Assembly (NCBI GenBank): GCA_026770705.1
Contig: JANJGN010000009.1
Coordinates: forward strand, 24,800,001-24,864,000
Source: Isurus oxyrinchus
Lineage: Eukaryota
Length of the DNA stretch: 64,000 bases
Direction of reading: 5' to 3'
The position numbers and the translations under genes were made by a program. Numbering within the stretch: position 1 is the first letter of the stretch; each line of letters begins with the position of its first letter. Below, piece after piece: positions 53,666 through 64,000 of the stretch. Under the pieces are notes generated by a model. It worked only from the letters and a program-made list of their open reading frames with translations. It did not search any database and was not told the origin of the DNA.

Positions 53666-54174
53666 AATGTTTCTGTTAACACCACTGAAATGGTCCTAGA
53701 AAAATGATTTACAAGGTAACATTCTCTGTGCACTGATTTTACCATAGAACAGATCAGGACCTTAGCTTAACTGGAAAAATAAACTGATTTAAAATGCAGT
53801 AAAATGAACCAAGTTACAAATTTCAAAACCAAAGTACTCCTTAATTGGAACTGGTGGAATAATTACAAACACTCTGAATTTACCACGAGCACCAAACACT
53901 AATTTTAAATAAAAATCTTTTTAAAAAGTATAAAGTGCTCTCCAAAAGCAGAAATAATAATGAACCCAACTAAGTAGCCACACTTTAATTGTGTCCTATA
54001 ATGAGCATCAGTGTGTTAGTTGACTGTATGGATTTTCATCCAGCACCCAAACACATTCACTTTCAGGCCAATCAGGAAAAGGACCTCTGGCCAACTCCTT
54101 CCCCATCCCAATTTCTCAGGCCAACAGTGATGTCCAAGATGTTGCCCCAGCTAAGGTCAGCTAACTCAGTCAAG

Positions 54175-55010
54175 ACAGGAATAACTTGCATTTTATATAG
54201 CAACTTTCGCATCTCAGGGTATCCCAAATCCCTTCACTGCTACAACTACTTCTGAAACACAGTCAAACGACAATGTGGTGACCAGTTTGCAATTTGAAGT
54301 GCCAGTCTTGGTTCAGTGGTAGCACTGTCACCCGAGTCCAAAGCTTGTCGTTTCAGTTCCACTCCAGAGATTTAAACATCAAGGCTGACATACCAGTGCA
54401 GTGTTGATGTGTGCATCTTTTAAATAAGACTTTAAGCCAAGGCCTGGTCTGCCCCATTCATATGTACATAAAATATTCCAGGGCACTATTTTGAATAACA
54501 GTTGTGCTCTGTGGTCTTCTGGCTATAATTTATCCCTCAAACAACATTACTTAAATGACCAAAGCATCCCAATTTCCTTTTTTGTATTTGTGGTTCTTAG
54601 CTGTGTTCAAATTGGTTGACATGTTTGTTACAACATTTGACTATAATTAAAGTACTTCATTGACTTAAAGCGCTTTGGGACGTCCTTAGATCATGAAAGG
54701 CTCCATAGAAATGCAAGTGTTTTTTTCATACAGAAAAATCCTACTAACAGAAATGAGGCTAATTTGTTTCAGTGATGTTCGTTGACGCATAAGTGTCGAT
54801 CAAGACATCTAGAGAACTCCATACTCTGCTTCAAATGGCACCATGAGAGGGCAATCAGGTCTCGGTTTAACATTTCATCCACGTATGGCAACTCCCTCAG
54901 TACTGAATGGAAGTATTAGCATAGGTAATATGCTCACATCACTACAGTGGAGCCTGAACCCACAAGCTTCTCACTCAAAGAGGCAAGAGTGCTACCCAGA
55001 ACCAAGAATG
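54175..55010. mobile_element. Deu-SINE (+, 54300-54725) inserted into an antiparallel Deu-SINE (-)
   Basis: Minus copy tail at 54175-54295 and head at 54730-55010 flank a complete plus copy with tRNA head and Deu core. Confidence 0.75.
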
Positions 55011-56711
55011 TCACCTTACAAAAGAGTGCGTGAGCCTGGTACCTTTTGATCTGTCCCACATCAAAGCTTTACCAACTGGGTCATCAAATAAATATTTTGA
55101 GCACAGTTTTTGAACAGTAAGTTTAATGGCTGAAGCTATGATACATGGATAGTGTGGTTTGTGGGAAAGTAGTACCATCAGAAAAATGTTATAAATAATA
55201 TTGAGAGTATGTATTGTTCCTGCAGGTTAAACAGTGCCAAAGTAGTGAATTAGACACTTAATTATTAAGCTGGCACCATCTGGCTATAGCTTTGTTTGGA
55301 TGACATTTTATTTTATTACAGCCCAATTCCCACAATAAGTCAACTGGTCACAGAATTGACTGACATCAGCGCCAATGTTAGTTCATTCTTTAAGACATAA
55401 TGAAAATCTTGTTTCATTTTTCTTTGCAATGGTCAGATCTTTTGCTATCATGTGAAATTCATTATACAAAAGACCAGTTGAACAATTATAAAACTTGACC
55501 CCTGGATGAAAAGACTCAAAGTTGCCAAGATCTATCACTGGGACCATCATCAGGACAGAATTTTTCTGGTCACTAGTTAAATTATAATCCTATTACTTTA
55601 AAATACAGATCAAAGGAAAGTTTCATGAATCTTTTTTATGATGTCACAGTTCTTTCTCCAGGTTGTCTGAAGGAGCTTTTACACTATATAGGAGAGCACA
55701 TAGCTACAGGAGCAACTGTCTCCCTGAGCCAGCTGCACTCCTTGGTGTACACAAGCTCAATGACATCACCAAACTATCACATTTTAATTCTTTCATTCAG
55801 ATAAACCAGCAAAGTCTAGTGCTTTCATTTGTTGTGGGTTTATATAAAAGTGGAGTTTCGTGTGTCTATAGGGACCATCTGCCCAACCCAAGTGCAAAAG
55901 TAGCAAAGTAGCATAGGGTTATGGCTCTACTGAAACTGAGTACTAATTAAGTATAAGTGTACAAGGTAGGTTGAAGTGACTAATAGACCACACCTGTTGA
56001 ACAGCAAATTAAGTTAAAACATATCAAAATTCTAATATCAGTATACAGTTTGAAATTTTATTGCTTATGTATAATTTTTTTTCCCAGTGAGGTGAGAATG
56101 AAAATGTCAGAATTCTCTTCAGTCAGAATACCTTTATTAGATGTAAGGTTCTGCAGCTACAATGTTTTTTCTGTTATCGTAATTGTTGTGTTACAAAGAG
56201 TTATATTTTTTTAATATAATTGTGATGAGGTGTTTGTAACTTTCATGTATTTTAAGGTTCATCAAAATCTACTATGGTGATGTATTTAAATAAGTTGCAG
56301 CTGCTGATTGCAACACCATCCGTAACAGCTGGCTTCATCTTGTGTAGATGAGGGCGAGGTCATGGAGTTATTCAGCTGTTGTTAAGTCATTGCTATTAGA
56401 TGTTTTCTATTTTAGATTGCTTTTTGTTTATGTATATTTATTTCATATTGCTGCCTTCTAATAAATCATCAAGACATTTTTTCAATAACAAATTTACAGA
56501 TGAGAACATTTTGTGTGCATTCATCTTCGTTTTGCTGCAAATATGTTTATAAACAGAAATTGTACAAATTCTCTCATAGCATGAATGAGAGATAAAAGCA
56601 CAAAGCCGATTTTGTTAAGAAATACCAGTCTATCAATGTCATCGACATTGCTGTGAGAAGTCAATAAGCAGCAGTGGGGTGATAGGAGAGAAAGTGTCTG
56701 ACAAATGCGGA

Positions 56712-56760
56712 GACACAGACAGGCAGACACACACACACAAACACAAACACACATACACAC
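56712..56760. repeat. Imperfect (CA)n microsatellite
   Basis: gacacagacaggcagacacacacacacaaacacaaacacacatacacac. Confidence 0.8.
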
Positions 56761-57726
56761 AGAATTGAGTCACTCATATGCACCTCCTAACAGCTGGTAC
56801 ACCATGACATTGGCAGAAGGCCAAGAGGTGTCACCTTCCTGTCCTTCACACCCTTGGAAAGCATGTGGCTCAGAGAGACTTGAAGGGGAGAAATTAGCGG
56901 GTGGCATATAATGGAAATACATATATATTTTAAGAACAGAGAAGTGCCGACATTTTGTTCACCAAAATGAGAGTTATATTATGTTTTAATTAGTAATAGT
57001 GTGTTGTCATGTAAAATGTAGATTAAGCTGGATGTCTGAAATGATGAAGCTAGATGTCATATCCCAATCTAGCAAGACAATAAAGATTTTTTTGCTATTC
57101 AATTGCATTTGTTTAAAAAAAAAAGTGAATAAATGTACCTCTGTGTGTAGTGTTGAGCCATGCAGACAAGGAAGCTTGCAGGTTCAATTTCAGTCTTTGC
57201 TAAGTTAGATTGCCTCAGCGATGAGAACTACAATGCAGCTCAGTGCTCTTGAGGCAAGGGGGGGGGGGGGGAATCAGCTGGGAATCCCACTCCTATTATT
57301 AACTGATTACACCAGATGATAACTACATGTTTGGTTGTTGAAGTAGAACAGAGGATGCAAATGTCATGTACTGCATAGTCAAACAGAATGCAATCTTCAT
57401 GTATTAAGGTCACCCATGATGTATGGGCACACTTGGCTATACCATGCTGCCATCTTCAGAAGAAGAGAGAGGGAAACGAATGATGGTTGCGATACCCCAA
57501 AATAGTAGAAAAACCTGCTGACACTCAAGGCCAAAATACCCAATTGAGAAGGATAAGGGAGAGCAGCAGGCACCATAGGGGCATAATCCACCAAGAAGTC
57601 AATTTCTAAAGGAGGAGGAGAGGAAGGAAAGAGACAAAACTGATTAAGAATTAATTCAAAGATATACACAATACCGTGTTGTCTATGCAATGCCCTGCCA
57701 TCCCAAAATAATTTATATGTGGCTGA

Positions 57727-57826
57727 AACAAAAACAGAATTACCTGGAAAAGCTCAGCAGGTCTGGCAGCATCGGCGGAGAAGAAAAGAGTTGACGTTTC
57801 GAGTCCTCATGACCCTTCCACAGAAC
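57727..57826 (-). mobile_element. ~100-bp hammerhead-containing PLE mini-element
   Basis: Minus strand GTTCTGTGGAAGGGTCATGAGGACTCGAAACGTCAACT...GTAATTCTGTTTTTGTT; TSD atttatatgtggctga at 57711-57726 and 57830-57845. Confidence 0.9.
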
Positions 57827-59069
57827 AATATTTATATGTGGCTGATCCTGATATAACATCATATGTTAAAACACATTCTATTCAATTTAACAGTTTCAAA
57901 ATTACATTTAAGGACACCTTTATGTATTCAGACAAAGTGCTCCTTTTTCTCTCCAGTTTGTTTCATCTTCCGTCTTTCCAAATTTACCAGTTGCAACCAA
58001 TGGCAATGCTGGTGTGAAACAGCCGGGCCTGCAAACGCAGAGCTCCCTTACAGCACTCCAACATGAGTCCACTACTTCCAATGTTTTTTAAATTGATCAT
58101 CCCCCTCCTAAGTGAGGTTACTGAATTAGAGCTAGCTGTGCACAATATTGCACTATAAGCTGACGTTCACTGGGGACTAAACTGAGTCGTCAACAGATGA
58201 AGACAGAGGTTTAATTCCATCTCTCTGAGGTAGATTCAAATCCAAGTTGCAGAAGCAAAGAATCAAGTGTTTTAATTACTAACCCACCAGACCACCCAGT
58301 TCCTCCTCCCACTTTCCATTTTTAAAAAAATGTCTAATTCACCAACCTACTGAGAAAATGAGTGCTTATTTAAAATTTCTAAGACAGTTTACTTCCTCCA
58401 TTTGGCTACAAAATTGAAAATTTGTCCATGGTTGAATTAAACAGACTGTTAATTACTATATCCTATCGTAAACACTTGACAGCTGTGAGCCATATATTAG
58501 TACACTAACAAAATCAAACAGATGTTTTAAAAGGTGCATTGCAGTGTTTAGAGGCTTGAGAGGCTGATCGCAGTTTTAGGATTAGGGCCACAGAAATCCC
58601 AAACTATTGCGCAAATAGAGCAGTAATGTTTATACAGAACAAGATTGAAAAAAACGATGGTGAAAGCTTGTGTTTTAAGTGAAAAAGCAATTCCCCAAAT
58701 TCCCGAAATGGAACATTTTCCATTTTAAATTATCTCTCACTCCTGAGGTAGATATAGCACAATCCACTATGGAGTAAAGCCCCTTTGCTTTGTCTCTAAA
58801 TTGCAACCTCAGAACAATCCTGCTACACCCAATTCCAACAACAGCAGTTCTGTTCACTCCATCCCTCCACCAACCACCAACCCCCCACCGCCCCTCCATA
58901 ACCCCGATGTGACTGCCAATTTAGTGCCAAGTAAGGGGCAATTGTGCATTGTAGGCCCTCACCTACCTGGCAACAGACTACCAATACTTAATAAACAGGA
59001 CCCTCCCAAACCAGCAGAGATAGACGACCTTCATTTCATCAGCCCTGGCTTGTTTCCAACCAAATTTTC

Positions 59070-59171
59070 GTTCTGTTGAAGGGTCATGAGGACTCGAAAC
59101 GTCAACTCTTTTCTTCTCCGCCGATGCTGCCAGACCTGATGAGTTTTTCCAGGTAATTCTGTTTTTGTTTT
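59070..59171 (+). mobile_element. ~100-bp hammerhead-containing PLE mini-element
   Basis: gttctgttgaagggtcatgaggactcgaaacgtcaact...gtaattctgtttttgtttt; TSD caaattttc at 59061-59069 and 59172-59180. Confidence 0.9.
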
Positions 59172-59524
59172 CAAATTTTCTTTTTTAGTACAAAAATAAA
59201 TAAAACTATTTTACTGTAAAGAACTCTTTAATAAAAGTAAATTATTTTGGAAATGTGCAGAGCAACCAGCATCTAACACTTCACATTACAGCATAGTTAG
59301 CATTACAGGTATGACCCAGCAACAGAAGTGAGGGGCATTTTGGGTACTTGTAGTACTGTAGTTGCAGTGGGCCAGCAACTGTATCATAAGGAGTTCAAAT
59401 CCCACCATAGCAAATTGTGTAAGTGAATATAATAGACCTGGTCTATATAAAAAAAACCTGTTGTTTGGAAACATCCAGCTCCCAAGGGAACTCATAAAAC
59501 ATTAACTAGCCTAACAAGTTATTC

Positions 59525-60081
59525 ACAACAAAAATACCTGGAAAAAATCAGCGGGTCTGACAGCATCTGTGGAGAGGAATACAGTTGACGTTTTGAGTCC
59601 GTAAGACCCTTCATCAGGACTAAGGAAATAGAGAAATGAGGTGAAATATAAGCTCGTAGAGGTGGGTGGGACAGGTAGAACTGGATAGAGGGCCAGTGAT
59701 AGGTGGAGGCAAAGAGAGATTGCCAAAGATGTCATAGACAAAAGGACAAAGGGGTGTTGACGGTGGTGATATTATCTAAGGAATGTGCTAATAGGGACAT
59801 TAAGGGAAGCAAGCAGGACAAGCTAGTGGCAGATGGCCCTAGTGGGGGTGGGTTGGGGGCAAGGGATTGAAATGGGCTAAAAGGTAGAGATAAAACAATA
59901 GATCAAAATAACTTTAAAAATAGGTGGGAAAAGAACATTTTTTTTAAATTATAGGAAAAAGGGGGATCGGAAAGGGGGTGGGGATGGAGGAGAGAGTTCA
60001 TGATCTGAAATTATTGAACTCAATATTACGTCTGGAAGGCTGTAAAGTGCCTAGTCGGAGGTTGAGGTGCTGCTCCTCCAG
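59525..60081 (-). mobile_element. PLE 3' fragment joined to a CR1 element
   Basis: GIY-YIG C-terminal codons and 3' region homologous to 41365-41925; hammerhead at 59583-59621 with CUGAUGA but GAAA changed to AAAA. Confidence 0.88.
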
Positions 60082-63000
60082 AGAAGAAATTCTTCCTCAT
60101 CTCTGTTTTAAATGGGTGACCCCTTACCCTGAGATTATGCCCTCTGGTCCTAGACTCTCCCACAAGGGGAAACAAACTCTCAGAATCTACCCTGTCAAGC
60201 TCTCTAAGAATCTTATATGGTTCAATAAGGTCACTTCTCATTCTTCTAAACTCCAATGAGTACAGGCCCAACCTACTCAACCTCTCCTCATAAGAAAATC
60301 CCTCCATCCCCGGGATCAACCTAGTGAACCTCCTCTGGACTGCCTCCAATGCCAATATATCTTCCCTAAGATAAGGGGACCAAAACTTTTCGCAGCATTT
60401 TCAGTGTGGTCTAACTAGTGCCTTGTATAGTTTTAGCAAGGCTTCCCTATTTTTATACTCCATTCCCTTTGAAATAAAGGCCAACATTCCATTTGCCTTA
60501 CCTATTACCTGTTGAACTTGTATGTCCGCTTTTTGGGGTTCAAGCACAAGGACTCCTAAATCCCACTGTGCTGTAGCCTTCTGTGGTCTTTCTCTATTTA
60601 AATAATATTCCTCTATTCTTCCTGCCAAAGTGCATAACCTCACATATTCCCACATTATATTCCATCTGCCACTTTTTTGCTGACTCACTAAACTGTCTAT
60701 GGACCTCTGTGGACTCCTTGTGTCATCCTCACCACTTGACTTCCCATTTATTTTTGTATCATCTACAAATTTGGCAATGGTACATTCACTTCCCTCATCT
60801 AAATCATTAATATGTATTGTAAGTAATTGAAACCTCAGCACTGATCACTGTGGCACTCCACTAAGTACAGGTTACCATCCTGAAAATGTCCCCCTTATCC
60901 AAAATCTGTCTTTTATTAGTTAGCCAATCCTCTATCCATGCTAAAATACGACCCTAACACCATGGGCACTTATCTTATTAAGCAGCCTTACATGCAGTAC
61001 CTTAGCGAACACCTTTTCGAAATCCAAATATATTACGTCTACTGGTTCCCCTTCATCTATCCTGCCAGCTATCTCCTCAAAGAATTCTAATAGATTTGTC
61101 AGGCATGATTTCCCCTTCATGAAGCCATGCTGACTCTGCTTGATTAGATTTGTAATTCTAAATGCTCTGCTATTACATCATTTATAATAGACTCCAACAT
61201 TTTCCCAACGACAGATGTTAAGCTAACTGGCCTTTAGTTACCTATTTTTTTGTCTCCCTCCCTTTATTAATAAGGGTGTTACACTGACAGTTTTCCAATC
61301 CTCTGGGACTTTTCCAGAATCTAAGGATTCTTGGAAGATTATTACCAGTACATCCACTATCTCTGTAGCAATTTCTTTTAATATCCTTGGATGCAACTCA
61401 TCAGTCCAAGGTCTTTAGCCTCATTAGGTTCCCTGGTACTTTTTCTCTAGTAATAGTTATTGTATTTATTTCCTCCCCCTCTTTTGCCTCTTGATTATTT
61501 AGTATTGGAATGTTATTAATGTCTTTAACCGTGAAGACTGAAGCAAAGTATTTATTCAACTCCTCTGCCATTTCCTGGTTCCCCATTATTATTATTTCCC
61601 TAGCCTCATTCTGTAAGGCGCCTTTGTTCACTCTTCCTTTTTATATATTTAAAGAAGCTCTTACTGTCTGTTTTTATATTACTTGCTTGTTCACCGTCAA
61701 AGTTTATTTTTTCCTTCTTTATTTATTTTTTGGCCATCTTTGTTGGTTTTTTAAAATTTTCCCAATCCTCTGGCTTAACATTAATCTTTGCCACATTGTA
61801 TGTCAATTCTTTAAATTTGACATTATCCTTAACTTCCTTAGTTAACTATGGCTGGTTCATCCCCTTCCTTGAATCCTTCTTCCTCATCGGGATATATCTT
61901 TGTTGCGAGTCATGAACTATTTTCTTAAATGTCTGCCATTGTTCATCAACCCCTTTTTCTGCTAAAGTCCTATCCCAGTCCACTCTAGTCAACTCTGTCC
62001 TCATTCCTTTGTGATTACCCTTATTTAAGTTTTGCACAGTTGTTTCCAACCCAAGTTTCTCACTCTTAAACTGAATGCTAAATTCTACCATATTATGGTC
62101 ACTGTTCCTTAGGGTATGTTTTACTCTGAGATCATTTATTAAAACTGCCTCATTACACATCACCAGATCCCAAATAGTCTGATCCCTGGCTGGATCCACA
62201 TCATATTGTTCAAGGAAACTGTCCCGAATACATTCTATGAATTCTTGCTCATGGCTACCGCTGCCAATTTGATTTTCCTAATCTACATGAAGATTAATGT
62301 CACCCATGAGTAATGTACTACCTTTTTTACATGCCCTCACTATCTCCTGATTTATTCTCTGTCCAACAGTTTAGCTGCTGTTTGGGGGCCTATAAACTAC
62401 TCCCACCAGTGTCTTCTTCCCCTTGTTATTCCTTAACTCCACCCATATGGATTGTACATTTTCCAATCCAATATCCTTTCTTGCTATCATACCTATTCCA
62501 TCTCGTACTAATAAAGCTACCCCATCACCCTTTCCCTCGTGCCTGTCCTTTCAAAAAGTCATATACCCCTGAATATTTAGTTCCCAGCTTTGAACTCCTT
62601 GTAACCGCGTCTAATGGCTATAAAATCATACTCTATTTGTGCCGTTAATTTATGTATTTTGTACCGAATACTATGTGCATTTAAGTAAAGACCATTAATT
62701 TTGTTTTTTTTAACCATTTTCTCCCCCTTTGACCCTATTTGTTGCTGGTTTTTTATGTTTGTACACTCTGTCCCTTCCTGTCACACTCTGGGTATCATTA
62801 CTGAAATAGCTGCCCTGCAAGGCTACCATATCCTTTTCCTTTGTAAGCCTACGTATACTCTCTCCAGAACCCTGCCGCCCCCTGATTAGTTTTAAGCCCT
62901 CTCTACAGCCCTAATTATTCAGTTTGCCAGGACACTGGTCCCAGCATGGTTCAAGTGAAGACTGTCCCACTGGAACAGCTCCCTTCTGCCCCAGTCCTGG

Positions 63001-63850
63001 TGCCAGTGACCCATTAACTGAAACCCATTCCTCCAATACCAATCTTTGAGTGACGCATTGAACTCCTTGACTTTATTTGCCCAATGCCAGTTTGCTTGTG
63101 GCTCAGGTAATAATCCCAAAATTATTACTTTGGAGGTTCTGTTTTTTACTTTAGCTCCTAACTGTACAAATTCTTTCAGGGCTAGAAAGGAGGTTCTGCT
63201 AACAATGTCATTGGTACCAATGTGGATGATGACAACTGAATCCGTCCCTTCCTACTCCAAGTTCCACTCCACCCCGAGGAGATGTCCTTAGACCTGGCAT
63301 TGGGCAGGCAACACAGCCTTTGGAACTCACACTCACGGCTGCAGGAAACAGTATCTATCCCCCTAATTATACTATCCACGACTGCGACAATGTTCTTATT
63401 TCCTCCTCCCACTTGACTGGCTCCCTGTACCACAGTGCTGTGGTCAGTTCACTCATCCTCCCTGCAGTCCTCGGTCTCATCGACACCTCATAACTATTGG
63501 ACAGTTTCAGGGGCCAAGGCTTCTCGAATGCCCTGGGCCCGCATACCTGCTTCACCTGTAGTCACACCCTCCTATCCCTGATCCCAGGCCAAATTTCAAT
63601 TACCTAATCCGAGGGGTGTGACCACCTCCAGGAGCAAACTGTCCAGGTAACTGCCTCCTCCCTGATGTGGCGCAATGTCTGCAGCTCGGACTCCAGCTCC
63701 TTAACTCGGATCCAAAGTTCCTCGAGCCGCAAACACTTGGTACAGATGTGTACACTCTGGGTCACCTTAGTGTCCAGCAGCTCCCACATTCTGCAGCAGC
63801 AAGACATCACCCGTCTTACCATCACCATCATATTTTATTCAAATTATTAA
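60080..63850 (-). mobile_element. Near full-length decayed CR1 LINE (ORF1 zinc-finger/esterase + ORF2 APE-RT)
   Basis: ORF1 C..MWE..HICTKC..LE.EL.TLR.IRE and SGNH-like VVDSIIRGID..CCLP.A; ORF2 DLVMCNE..SDHNMVEF, INDLDEG..KFVDDTK, ALEAVQRRFTRLIPG..YEERLSRLGLYSLEFRR. Many stops and frameshifts. Confidence 0.93.
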
Positions 63851-64000
63851 TTAATTACTCTCGTATCCCCTCTCTTTACACTTTAATATAACTATTTTTT
63901 ATACATACCAGTATTGATCTTATACTTAACAGGCTATCGATAAGAGAAATAAAAGACTAGCGACCTAAACACAACTAAAGACCTTAGTTTTACTTTAAAG

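Noticed and set aside
57727-59171. The two inverted 100-bp repeats as TIRs of one 1.4-kb DNA transposon
   Set aside because: Each repeat has its own distinct TSD, and the outer flanks do not match.
1-64000. CRISPR arrays, operons or other prokaryotic systems
   Set aside because: No regularly spaced repeats; the sequence is intron-rich vertebrate DNA.

Overview
Vertebrate nuclear DNA, most likely a cartilaginous fish (shark-type Deu-SINE, CR1, L2 and Penelope repeats); no prokaryotic features. The window holds most of a minus-strand NEXMIF (KIAA2022) gene: candidate exon 2 at 33083-33205, a 4.3-kb coding exon at 16410-20712, a homolog of the terminal exon starting at 16029, and a repeat-free 3'UTR-like block at about 1230-4296. 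Positions 33206-64000 are probably intron 1. The rest is dense in transposable elements. Most notable is a Penelope-like (Neptune-type, RT + GIY-YIG) family seen as truncated copies, fold-back copies with inverted arms, and two TSD-flanked ~100-bp mini-elements with identical ends that consist of a minimal hammerhead ribozyme plus the 3' terminus. Nine hammerhead-like motifs are visible, six with a non-canonical CUGUNGA core. Both NEXMIF termini appear recoded relative to human (stop at codon 4 of exon 2; frameshift and stops in the exon 4 homolog). Human comparisons are from recall and need alignment; most repeat boundaries are approximate.
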